Positions 1 through 8,579 of a stretch of 52,680 nt of DNA are shown piece after piece. Location: positions 1 to 52,680 of the forward strand of contig DASSKW010000095.1 in NCBI GenBank assembly GCA_035690065.1, given 5' to 3'. Position 1 is the stretch's first letter; the number at the start of each line of letters is the position of its first letter. Origin of the DNA: Gammaproteobacteria bacterium (GTDB lineage: Bacteria > Pseudomonadota > Gammaproteobacteria > Natronospirales > REEB76). The notes below the pieces were generated by a model. The model was not told the DNA's origin. It searched no databases and saw nothing but the letters and a program-made list of their open reading frames with translations. Both the position numbers and the translations under genes were made by a program.

Positions 1-97
1 GACCAATATCCGCTTCTCGCCACAGGGCAGCATGGCCGGCAAGACCGGCGGCACTGCACCGAGTTTCAGCATCACGTTCAAAGTCATCATCAAATAG
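1..97 (+). CDS. 3' end (partial) of a DUF11-repeat secreted surface protein, paralog of the next gene
   Basis: The frame starting at nt 2 reads TNIRFSPQGSMAGKTGGTAPSFSITFKVIIK then stop (TAG 95-97). This is nearly the same C-terminal peptide as the 193..3354 product (TNIKFSPQGSMAGKTGTAPSFNIAFKVIIK). Confidence 0.7.
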   Translation, partial: TNIRFSPQGSMAGKTGGTAPSFSITFKVIIK

Positions 98-192
98 GCC
101 GCCGCCGCGGAGTTGGCAATCCACTCCTTATTTAAGTTAACATAAGCCAAATAATCATTTCATGGCCGCACTCCGGTGAGGTTCCACAATTA

Positions 193-3100
193 ATGCCAAG
201 GGGTTACAAGATGGCCGCCGCCTTGTACCGACAACGCAGCAAATTTTATCGCTTGGCCATACGCCTGTTGGCCTTACTCGGGGTATCTGTATCCGCCCTG
301 TTGCTGATAATGCCCACGGCACGAGCCGGGACCACAGTAGCCTTGCACAGCAGTTTTGCGGGAACCATCAATTTTGTCACTACCGGCAACACCCTGCGCG
401 CGGAGTCCAACACGGGCGCCGGCACCAATCCTGCATGTCAACTTTTATCGGGCAATTCAGGTACGTCGGTAGATGCAGGAACCAGTAGTGAAACCCTTTC
501 AGGCATTCCCAGCGGATCCACGATCGTGGCCGCATATCTTTATTGGGCCGGCTCCGGTGCGACATACGACTACACAGTGACGCTTAACGGCAACTCGGTA
601 ACAGCTCCTGCAACCCGTCAGTACAACGACCTGTTCGGACCCGGCACCTATAACCTGTATTTCTTCAGCGGCGTTGCCGACGTCACCGGCATCGTCAGCA
701 GCACAGTCGGCGGCGGCGGTGGAACCTATGTATTCACCTTTGGCGGTCTGTCGGTGGACAACACTCCAGCCGATAACTGTGCCTATCAGGCGGTGGTGGC
801 CGGCTGGACTCTGGTGGTGTTTTACTCCAATCCTGCGGAAAGAAACCGCGTGATCAACGTTTATGAAGGCTTCCAGGCCTTCCGCAACAACAGCATTACC
901 CTGACGCCCAGCAACTTTAAAATCCCCAATTCAAACATCGATGGCAAATTCTCCGTGATCACCTGGGAAGGCGATCCGGAAGCGCCTTCCAATACTGGCG
1001 AAACCCTGGAATTCAACGGCAATATTCTCTCCGACGCCTGCAATACGGACGGCAATCAGTACAACTCCACCATCAATACGCTGATCTGTACCGGCAATCC
1101 TGCGACGGATGATGTGTTTTACGGCGTCGATCTTGATACGTATGACGTGAACAGCTATCTGACGCCCGGCGAAACCAGCGCCACCACCTTGTACCAATCA
1201 GGCAATGATCTGGTCTATCTATCAGCCCAAGTTATCAGCGTCACCAATACGCCGGTTGCCGATCTAGCGATCACCAAATCGCACCCCGGCAACTTCTCAG
1301 CTGGCAGCAATGGTGTCTACACCATCGCGGTCCACAACAACGGTCCTGCCGCCACTTCAGGCACAACCACCGTGACGGATACGCTGCCGACCGGGCTCAC
1401 CTACATCTCTGGTACCGGTACCGGCTGGACTTGCGGCGCGGCCGGCCAGAATGTCACCTGTACCACCACCAGTATCATCGCCAATGGTGCCAATGCCAAT
1501 CCGATCACCCTTACCGTCGCGGTAGGCAGCTCGGCGGCGAACCCGACCAACAACACCGCGACTGTCGCGGTGGATAGTTCGATGTTCGATAACGTCAGCA
1601 GCAATAACAGCAGCACAGACACCGCCACCGTTCTGAAACCTGACCTGTCCACCTCGACCAAGGACGTGGTGGACACCAACGGCGGCGATTCCAATCCGGG
1701 CGACACACTGGAATATACCATCACCCTGAATGAAACCGGTGGCGTCGTTGCCAATGGTGTCAGCGTCACGGACGACATGCCGGCCGGAATCACTGGTTTC
1801 ACCGTGGTCAGCAAACCCGCTGGCAGTACTGATTCCTGGGCCAGTACCGGTGGCACCAATGGCACCGGTTATCTGAATGTCACCGGCATCAGCGTGCCGG
1901 CCAACGGCAGCGCCACCATCGTCTACGATGTCACGGTGGCAGCAACCGATGCGCCGGGCGACACGATCGACAACACGGCGACTATCACCAATCCGAATGG
2001 TCCTGGCGCGACACCCGCAGCACCCACCGTGACAGTTTCTCAATCGCAAGTGCCGGCCTCTGGCAACAAACTGCTGTATGTGTATGACGATGCTTCGATG
2101 ACCCGCACACCGCAGACCGGTACCGGCACCGGCGCCGTCACCATCAATCAGACAGCCGCCAATAACTGGACCCTGACCACGGCATTACAGAAACCATTGA
2201 CGTTGATTGCCAATTCCACGGTCAGTGTGACCCTGAATGTGGAGTGCACCAGTATCCGGTTTGGAAATTGCAGAAATGGCGGTAACCTGCACTGGAATGC
2301 GGCGCTGTACGATAACACCGTCTCTGGAGGTACGCAGATAGGCAGCATCTCACCAGATGCCAGTTTCAATGACACTAATTACACTCAGGAAACCGCCAAC
2401 ATCGCGATCGGCGCGGCGGATGTCACGGTCGCAGCCGGACACAAACTGATCTTGGAAATCACCAATGACAGTGGCAGCAACCGCGCGATGCGCATTGAGC
2501 AATACAATGGCGGCGACCTCAGCATCGTCAGTCTCGACGTCTCCACGGTCATCAACGTGGACAGCGTGAATGTCTACAGCGCAACGTACCCGAGCACCAG
2601 CACTCAATCCGTGTATGAAACCAATCAGACTGTCTACATCCGCGCGGTGGTCAGTGACCCGTTCGGCAGCGCAGACATCGACCCCGCTACCGGCGGTACC
2701 GCCCCGACCCTGACCCTTGCGGATTCCAGCGGTACCGATCAGCTGACGGCAGTCAACATGACCCAGGTCGCGGATTCCGGCGCTGCCACCAAGACCTTCG
2801 AGTACAGTTACACCCTGCCCTCGTCACCACCCAGCACGCTGGCACTCGGCAACTGGACGCCGTCCGTCACGGCCTGGGAAGGCACCGAACACACCATCAG
2901 CCACACCGCAGATGGTGCTTTCGACGTCGAAGCACCCAACCTGCTGGTGATGAAAGCCGTGTCTGCAGTCTCCGATCCGATCGAGGGCACCACCCGGCCC
3001 AAAGCCATGCCCGGCGCGACCATGCAATATCTTGTGAACGTCAGTAATCAGGGCAAAGGGCCGGCGGACAGCAACAGTCTTGCGATCACCGATCCGGTTC

Positions 3101-3354
3101 CCGCTGACAGCAGTTTCGTGGTCGGCAGTGTGGTGTTCACCGATGGTTCGACCAGTAGCGGACTGACCATGAGCGCGGCGAACGTCAGCTATTCCAACGA
3201 CAATGGTGCTACCTGGACCTACACGCCGGTGGCCGGAGGCGATGGCACCGACCCGAATGTGACCAATATAAAGTTCTCGCCGCAAGGCAGCATGGCTGGC
3301 AAGACCGGCACTGCGCCTTCCTTCAACATTGCCTTCAAGGTCATCATCAAATAA
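193..3354 (+). CDS. large secreted DUF11-repeat surface protein (adhesin-like)
   Basis: 1053-aa ORF with a signal-like N-terminus (LLALLGVSVSALLLIMPTARA). It has DUF11-type repeats: ADLAITKSHPGNFSAGSNGVYTIAVHNNGPAATSGTTTVTDTLPTGLTY, TKDVVDTNGGDSNPGDTLEYTITLNETGG, and MKAVSAVSDP...GATMQYLVNVSNQGKGPADS. The N-terminal beta-rich domain carries an AAYLYWAGSG motif. The start could also be ATG 211. Confidence 0.8.
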   Translation: MPRGYKMAAALYRQRSKFYRLAIRLLALLGVSVSALLLIMPTARAGTTVALHSSFAGTINFVTTGNTLRAESNTGAGTNPACQLLSGNSGTSVDAGTSSETLSGIPSGSTIVAAYLYWAGSGATYDYTVTLNGNSVTAPATRQYNDLFGPGTYNLYFFSGVADVTGIVSSTVGGGGGTYVFTFGGLSVDNTPADNCAYQAVVAGWTLVVFYSNPAERNRVINVYEGFQAFRNNSITLTPSNFKIPNSNIDGKFSVITWEGDPEAPSNTGETLEFNGNILSDACNTDGNQYNSTINTLICTGNPATDDVFYGVDLDTYDVNSYLTPGETSATTLYQSGNDLVYLSAQVISVTNTPVADLAITKSHPGNFSAGSNGVYTIAVHNNGPAATSGTTTVTDTLPTGLTYISGTGTGWTCGAAGQNVTCTTTSIIANGANANPITLTVAVGSSAANPTNNTATVAVDSSMFDNVSSNNSSTDTATVLKPDLSTSTKDVVDTNGGDSNPGDTLEYTITLNETGGVVANGVSVTDDMPAGITGFTVVSKPAGSTDSWASTGGTNGTGYLNVTGISVPANGSATIVYDVTVAATDAPGDTIDNTATITNPNGPGATPAAPTVTVSQSQVPASGNKLLYVYDDASMTRTPQTGTGTGAVTINQTAANNWTLTTALQKPLTLIANSTVSVTLNVECTSIRFGNCRNGGNLHWNAALYDNTVSGGTQIGSISPDASFNDTNYTQETANIAIGAADVTVAAGHKLILEITNDSGSNRAMRIEQYNGGDLSIVSLDVSTVINVDSVNVYSATYPSTSTQSVYETNQTVYIRAVVSDPFGSADIDPATGGTAPTLTLADSSGTDQLTAVNMTQVADSGAATKTFEYSYTLPSSPPSTLALGNWTPSVTAWEGTEHTISHTADGAFDVEAPNLLVMKAVSAVSDPIEGTTRPKAMPGATMQYLVNVSNQGKGPADSNSLAITDPVPADSSFVVGSVVFTDGSTSSGLTMSAANVSYSNDNGATWTYTPVAGGDGTDPNVTNIKFSPQGSMAGKTGTAPSFNIAFKVIIK

Positions 3355-3376
3355 CACCAGTTTACTTCCGATAATT

Positions 3377-3538
3377 CCCTGTCATCGCGAACATGTGGGT
3401 CTTCAACTGTAAGCGAAGCGGGAAGCAATCCCGTGACGTTACCAGTCCGTACCGGGATTGCTTCGTCACTGCGTTCCTCGCAATGACAGGAGGCGCCGGG
3501 ATCAGTTCGTCACTGTATCCCTCGCAATGATGACGAGG
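3377..3538. repeat. nested palindromic REP/MITE-like element plus a tandem half copy
   Basis: Inner inverted repeat: gaagcaatccc (3422-3432) pairs with gggattgcttc (3454-3464). Outer arms: cctgtcatcgcga pairs with tcgcaatgacagg. There is also a direct repeat, ttcgtcactgNNNNcctcgcaatga, at 3462-3486 and 3506-3530. Confidence 0.5.
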
Positions 3539-3539
3539 C

Positions 3540-5339
3540 TCAGAACTGCGCTTCGTCCAGTGCCAGTACGCCAGCCGCGCCAGCCACGATGGATTCCTTA
3601 AGCGCGGCAGCCTGACTAAGTTCGTAATCGGCGTAATAACGCGCGGTCCCGAGTTTTGCTTTGTAGAATTCCGCATCTGCATCGCCCTTCGTCAACTTGC
3701 CGTGCGCCACCAGTGCAGCGCGCGCCATCTGCCAGCCACCCGCCACCGTGCCCAGTAGTTTCAGGAATGGTACTGCGCCGGCGGATGCTGCTTTGATATC
3801 GCTGTTGTAATTCGCGACCAGCCACTCGGTCGCTGTTGCCAATGCTGTAATGCTCTCCGCAAGTCGGACACGGATCACCTTCAGGTCTGCGTTGTCTGCT
3901 TTCGCCAACTGTGCATCCAGTGCGCGCATCTCCACGATCACCGCTTGCATGGCCGCGCCTTTATCGCGTGCGATCTTGCGGCCGATCAGATCCTTGCCCT
4001 GGATGCCGGTGGTACCTTCATAGATCGTCGAGATGCGGGCATCACGGAAATGTTGCGCGGCGCCGGTCTCTTCGATGAAACCCATGCCGCCATGGATCTG
4101 GATCCCCGTGGACGTGATCTCGACGGCGTTCTCGGTACACCAGGCTTTCACTACCGGGATCATCAGATCGACGAATGCCTGCGCACGTTGCCGCCGGCTT
4201 TCATCGGCATGATGAAAAGCGACATCGAGTTGTGTTGCGGTGACGTAACTCAATGCCCGCATGGCTTCGATCTTCGCTTTCATGCTCATCAACATGCGGC
4301 GCACATCCGGGTGCCGGATGATCGGTACCGGCTGGCCGCCACGTACCGAGACATCCGTGCTCTGTACCCGCTCCTTCGCGAACGCCAATGCCTGTTGCCA
4401 GGCCCGCTCAGCGATCCCGAGACCCTGTACACCGACTGCGAAGCGGGCCATGTTCATCATGATGAACATGTAAGCGAGGCCGTGGTTCTCTTCGCCAATC
4501 AGATAACCGACCGCGCCATCTTTCTCACCATAGGCAAGCACCGCGGTGGGACTGGCATGGATACCGAGTTTGTGTTCGATTGACACGCAATGCACATCGT
4601 TGCGTTTGCCCAGACTGCCATCGTCGTTGACCAGGAATTTCGGCACCAGGAACATGCTGATGCCCTTGACGCCTTCCGGTGCGTCCGGGGTGCGCGCCAG
4701 CACCATGTGCACGATGTTGTCGGTCCAATCGTGTTCGCCATAAGTGATGAATATCTTCTGACCGGTGAGCCGATAATGGTCGCCTTCGCGCACCGCCCGG
4801 GTCCGCACCTGACCCAGGTCGGAACCGGCCTGTGGCTCGGTCAGGTTCATGGTGCCGGTCCATTCGCCGGACACCATCTTCGACAGATAAATCTTCTTGA
4901 GCGTGTCCGAGCCGCGCAGCATCAATGCTTCGACCGCACCTTCCGTGAGCATCGGGCACAACGCAAATGCCATGTTCGCGGCCTGCCACATCTCGATCAC
5001 CGGTGCCGAGACGATTTGCGGCAAACCCTGCCCGCCGTATTCCGGATCCAGCGCCAGCCCGTTCCAGCCGTCGGCGACAAAGCGCAGGTAGGCATCCTTG
5101 AAACCCGGTGGCGTCGTGACCGCATCGCCGTTAAGTTTGGCCCCAGTCTTGTCGCCCACGGTATTGAGCGGCGCCAGCACGTCGGCGGCAAAGCGCCCCG
5201 CCGCTTCCAGTACCGTCTCCACCAGTTCCGGGGTGACTTCTTCACAACCGGGGAGTTTGCTGACGGCGTCAAGGTCCGCCAATTCGTTGATCACAAACTG
5301 CATGTCGCGCAGGGGGGCGATGTAGTCAGCCACGGGCAA
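3540..5339 (-). CDS. acyl-CoA dehydrogenase, long (~600 aa) FadE/DmdC-like form
   Basis: 599-aa ORF with the N-terminus MPVADYIAPLRDMQFVINE. It contains LTEPQAGSDLG and IHGGMGFIEETGAAQHFRDARISTIYEGTTGIQ, which are typical ACAD motifs. Confidence 0.9.
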   Translation of the reverse strand: MPVADYIAPLRDMQFVINELADLDAVSKLPGCEEVTPELVETVLEAAGRFAADVLAPLNTVGDKTGAKLNGDAVTTPPGFKDAYLRFVADGWNGLALDPEYGGQGLPQIVSAPVIEMWQAANMAFALCPMLTEGAVEALMLRGSDTLKKIYLSKMVSGEWTGTMNLTEPQAGSDLGQVRTRAVREGDHYRLTGQKIFITYGEHDWTDNIVHMVLARTPDAPEGVKGISMFLVPKFLVNDDGSLGKRNDVHCVSIEHKLGIHASPTAVLAYGEKDGAVGYLIGEENHGLAYMFIMMNMARFAVGVQGLGIAERAWQQALAFAKERVQSTDVSVRGGQPVPIIRHPDVRRMLMSMKAKIEAMRALSYVTATQLDVAFHHADESRRQRAQAFVDLMIPVVKAWCTENAVEITSTGIQIHGGMGFIEETGAAQHFRDARISTIYEGTTGIQGKDLIGRKIARDKGAAMQAVIVEMRALDAQLAKADNADLKVIRVRLAESITALATATEWLVANYNSDIKAASAGAVPFLKLLGTVAGGWQMARAALVAHGKLTKGDADAEFYKAKLGTARYYADYELSQAAALKESIVAGAAGVLALDEAQF

Positions 5340-5421
5340 GCTCCTGAAATGACTGGGAAAGCGGCCCTGAGACCGGCCGCAGGAGGGTATTTTACAGGTC
5401 CGGCTCCGGTACGTCGAAGGT

Positions 5422-5931
5422 TCAGTCCAGAGAGGGCGTATCCATCAACTGATGGAACAGGCTGGATTCGCGCTTGTAGAAACCCTCGGTGTGAAACGAG
5501 TCGCCGAGTTTCAGGTGCTCATAATCCAGATGGTGGCACATCTCGTGCAGGAAGGTCCGCAGGAAACTCTTGAACGCGACCACCTGCTTGCGTTGCGCGG
5601 TGCGCATCCAGAGCGTGACCTTCGCCACCTTGATGCGGCCCTCGACACCTTCGTACAGACCGTGCAGTTCTCCATAGTCATTGGATGGGCGCTTCGAGAG
5701 TACCTTGATAGTGACCGGCGGGATACTGAAACGCTTCACCATACCGGCAGCGAGATCGTTACAGATCGCTTCCACCTGTGCCCGTTGATCGGTCTGCAAA
5801 GCATCGGAAATCTGCGCTGCCAGGGGTCGCAACGGGACGGGGTCCGGCAACAGAATCCGTTCCACCTTGTCGCTGGCGTCATAGATGCGCCTGTTGGCGG
5901 CGCTGAGACGGTTGTAATAATTAAAGACCAT
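5422..5931 (-). CDS. hypothetical protein with an HExxH zinc-metallopeptidase-like motif (DUF45/SprT-like?)
   Basis: 169-aa ORF containing FLHEMCHHLDYEHLKLGDSFHTEGFY. Its ATG (5931-5929) overlaps the pmbA TAA (5933-5931) by 1 nt. Confidence 0.6.
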   Translation of the reverse strand: MVFNYYNRLSAANRRIYDASDKVERILLPDPVPLRPLAAQISDALQTDQRAQVEAICNDLAAGMVKRFSIPPVTIKVLSKRPSNDYGELHGLYEGVEGRIKVAKVTLWMRTAQRKQVVAFKSFLRTFLHEMCHHLDYEHLKLGDSFHTEGFYKRESSLFHQLMDTPSLD

Positions 5932-7280
5932 TATTCTCCAGCGATGGTCATCTCACCGATCAGAATCGAGCCGGTACGGATACCGCCACGCACATCGACA
6001 TCGCTGCCGACCGCGATCACGTTCCGGTACATCTCCCTGAGATTGCCGGCGATGGTAATCTCTTCGACTGGATACACGATCTCGCCATGTTCGACCCAGA
6101 AGCCAGCCGCACCACGCGAATAATCGCCAGTGACGCCGTTCACGCCCTGCCCGATCAGTTCTGCCACCACCAACCCGGTATCCATCTGTTTGAGCAATCC
6201 GGCGTAATCAAGTTCTCCTGGACGCACGATCAGGTTACGGATCCCGCCGGCGTGGCCGGTAGTTTGCAGTCCCAATTTGCGTGCCGAATAACTGTCCAGC
6301 AGATAGGTACTCGCTACTCCAGCGTCCACGATCTCGCGATCCCGCGTCGCGACGCCCTCGTTGTCGAACGCGGCACTGGCGAGCGCCCCGCGCAGATGCG
6401 GCCGCTCCGAGAGCTGCACGAATTCCGGGAATACCTGCTGACCCATACCGCCCAACAGGAACGATGCCTGACGATACTGCGCGCCACCCCGTATCGCACC
6501 GAGGAAATGCCCCAGGAATCCGCGCGCCATTTCCGGCACGAACAGGACCGGCGCCTTGCGCGTACCGAGTTTGCGGGCGCCCAACCGTGCCACGGTGCGT
6601 TCCGCGGCGCGCCGTCCAACTGTCTGTGCAGACTCCAGCTCGCTCGCATCACGCGCGGTGCTGTACCAGTAATCGCGTTGCATGCTGTCGCCTTCGCTGC
6701 CGATGACCGAACAACTCAGACTGTGGCTCGTGCTTTCATAGCCACCGACGAAACCATGGCTGTTGCCGTACACCCGCAAGCCGCGATGCGAGCTCACGCT
6801 CGCACCTTCGGAATTGGTGATGCGCGGATCGAATTCGCGCGCCGCGGCTTCGCATTCTTGCGCCAGTTCGATAGCGGTATCCGGCTCCAGTGCCCAGGGA
6901 TGGCACAGATCGAGATCCGCCGGATGTTTCGCCATCAACGCCGCATCGGCCAGACCGGCGCAATCGTCTTCAGCGGTATAACGCGCGATACTCGCGGCTG
7001 CGCGCACGGTTTCCGTGATTGCCGCGGACGACAGATCCGAGGTACTGGCCGACCCCTTGCGCTGACCGAAATAGACGGTGATGCCCAGACCCCGATCGCG
7101 CTGGTATTCGAGTGTCTCCACGTCGCCCATCCGCACACTCAGGTTGAGCCCGGACTCGATACTGATACCCGCCTCTGCCTGAGTCGCCCCCTGGCTGCGG
7201 GCTTCCTGCAGTACTTGTCCGACCAGCGATTCGAGATCGGACCGGGTATAGCTGGTAGTATCATCGCGCGGTGTGGACAT
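5931..7280 (-). CDS. pmbA: metalloprotease PmbA (TldE)
   Basis: 449-aa ORF. It contains GISIESGLNLSVRMGDVETLEYQRDRGLGITVYFGQRKGSASTSD and the C-terminal GDYSRGAAGFWVEHGEI motif of the PmbA/TldD family. It is divergent from yjgA, as in enterobacteria. Confidence 0.93.
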   Translation of the reverse strand: MSTPRDDTTSYTRSDLESLVGQVLQEARSQGATQAEAGISIESGLNLSVRMGDVETLEYQRDRGLGITVYFGQRKGSASTSDLSSAAITETVRAAASIARYTAEDDCAGLADAALMAKHPADLDLCHPWALEPDTAIELAQECEAAAREFDPRITNSEGASVSSHRGLRVYGNSHGFVGGYESTSHSLSCSVIGSEGDSMQRDYWYSTARDASELESAQTVGRRAAERTVARLGARKLGTRKAPVLFVPEMARGFLGHFLGAIRGGAQYRQASFLLGGMGQQVFPEFVQLSERPHLRGALASAAFDNEGVATRDREIVDAGVASTYLLDSYSARKLGLQTTGHAGGIRNLIVRPGELDYAGLLKQMDTGLVVAELIGQGVNGVTGDYSRGAAGFWVEHGEIVYPVEEITIAGNLREMYRNVIAVGSDVDVRGGIRTGSILIGEMTIAGE

Positions 7281-7324
7281 GAAATTCCTGAAGACACTGG
7301 TGAGAAAGGCGGCATTGTAACCCG

Positions 7325-7813
7325 ATGGATTTCGAAGACGACATCCGGCCCAGCCGGGGCCAGCTCAAACGTGAGGTGGAAGCCTTGCAACGGCTCGGCG
7401 AAGAGCTGATTACCCTGCCTGAAAATCAGTTGGCAGCAGTGCCGCTCCCGGACAGATTGCGCGATGCGGTGGAGTTCGCGCGCAGCATCACCAGCCACGG
7501 CGCGCTCAAGCGACAGCGTCAATACATCGGCAAATTGATGCGGGATGTCGATCCGGCACCGATACGCGCCCGGCTGGATGAATTCCACAATTCCAGTCGG
7601 CTCGCCAAAGTACGTTTCCAGCAGACCGAGCGCTGGCGCGACCGGCTGGTCGCCGAAGGCGACGCCGCGCTTACGGAATTCATGGACCAGTGCCCCGCTG
7701 CAGACGGTCAGCAACTGCGCCAGTTGATGCGCGCCGCCATCGAGGAAGCCCGAACCGATCAGCCGTCCCGGCATGCCCGGGCACTGTTTCGCTATATCCA
7801 GAGCCTCGGTTGA
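7325..7813 (+). CDS. yjgA: ribosome-associated protein YjgA (DUF615)
   Basis: 162-aa ORF containing RPSRGQLKREVEALQRLGEELITL and a DAVEFARSITSHGALKRQRQYIGKLMR signature. It is divergent from pmbA. Confidence 0.85.
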   Translation: MDFEDDIRPSRGQLKREVEALQRLGEELITLPENQLAAVPLPDRLRDAVEFARSITSHGALKRQRQYIGKLMRDVDPAPIRARLDEFHNSSRLAKVRFQQTERWRDRLVAEGDAALTEFMDQCPAADGQQLRQLMRAAIEEARTDQPSRHARALFRYIQSLG

Positions 7814-8000
7814 ATCCGCCAAGACTCGCCCTGCCGCACGCCTGAGGGTAAAATGCACAGATGAAGGTGCCACTAAAAACAGCGGATTTTGTTTCCCGGC
7901 AAGGCGCGGAAGAGCGAGGAACCGGAGCGTACATTCGAGTACGTGGGGCTTCCGAGGTCGCACGCACCGCCGCCGCAGAGCAAAAGATGCGTTTTGAGGG

Positions 8001-8495
8001 GTGCCTGTGAAAGCACTCGTCGGCGTAATAATGGGCTCCAAGTCGGACTGGGACACCCTGCAGCACACGGCCAGGATCCTGGAACAGTTGGGCGTAGCCC
8101 ACGAGACGCGTGTAGTCTCGGCACACCGCACCCCCGATCTCCTGTTTGAATATGCCGCGACTGCCGCAGAACGCGGACTGGAAGTGATCGTCGCCGGCGC
8201 CGGTGGCGCGGCTCACTTGCCGGGCATGGTGGCGGCCAAGACTTCATTGCCGGTGCTCGGCGTACCGGTGAAATCGAAAGCGCTCAAGGGCATGGATTCG
8301 TTGCTCTCCATCGTGCAGATGCCGGCCGGCGTACCGGTGGGCACGCTTGCCATCGGCGAGGCTGGCGCGGTGAATGCCGCGCTGCTGGCGACTGCCATCC
8401 TCGGCAACAAGTATCCGGATATCCGCAAGAAGCTGGACGAGTTTCGCCAGAACCAGACGGAGTCCGTGCTCAAGCAACCCGATCCGTCAAAATAA
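8001..8495 (+). CDS. purE: N5-carboxyaminoimidazole ribonucleotide mutase
   Basis: Contains [40 protein letters not shown] and [15 protein letters not shown]. It has a GTG start and lies upstream of purK. Confidence 0.95.
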   Translation: MPVKALVGVIMGSKSDWDTLQHTARILEQLGVAHETRVVSAHRTPDLLFEYAATAAERGLEVIVAGAGGAAHLPGMVAAKTSLPVLGVPVKSKALKGMDSLLSIVQMPAGVPVGTLAIGEAGAVNAALLATAILGNKYPDIRKKLDEFRQNQTESVLKQPDPSK

Positions 8496-8499
8496 TCTT

Positions 8500-8559
8500 G
8501 CGGGAGCGGCGATATTGCGCCGCGATATTCGAATCGCAGTCGAGACGACCGCTCCCACC
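8500..8559. repeat. inverted pair of REP elements (family GGTGGGAGCGG-N-CCGCGAT) in the purE-purK spacer
   Basis: gcgggagcggcgatattgcgccgcgat (8500-8526) faces atcgcagtcgagacgaccgctcccacc (8533-8559). The second copy is the reverse complement of ggtgggagcggtcgtctcgactgcgat, which recurs almost exactly at 37089-37115. Confidence 0.65.
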
Positions 8560-8579
8560 ATAGAACAGCAAAGCGGAAA

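Noticed and set aside
5340-5421. Possible terminator between the HExxH gene and the acyl-CoA dehydrogenase (gcggcc...ggccgc)
   Set aside because: The stem is short (6 bp) with an 8-nt loop and a weak T-tract. That is insufficient to call a terminator.
4590-5573. 327-aa plus-strand ORF
   Set aside because: It is antisense to the acyl-CoA dehydrogenase and to the HExxH gene, which makes it a shadow ORF.
6087-7409. 440-aa plus-strand ORF
   Set aside because: It lies entirely antisense to the well-supported pmbA gene. The sequence is Arg/Ala/Pro-rich and low-complexity, typical of shadow ORFs in GC-rich DNA, with no recognisable motifs.
7814-8000. Possible riboswitch or leader RNA upstream of purE (187-nt spacer with a cgtac/gtacg-centred hairpin near 7920-7958)
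   Set aside because: I could not match it to the purine, ZTP (pfl) or PRPP riboswitch consensus by eye. Only a generic imperfect hairpin is present. A covariance-model scan (Rfam/Infernal) would be needed to settle it.
7139-8131. 330-aa minus-strand ORF spanning the pmbA 5' end, yjgA and the purE leader
   Set aside because: It overlaps three better-supported features on both strands and has no motifs.
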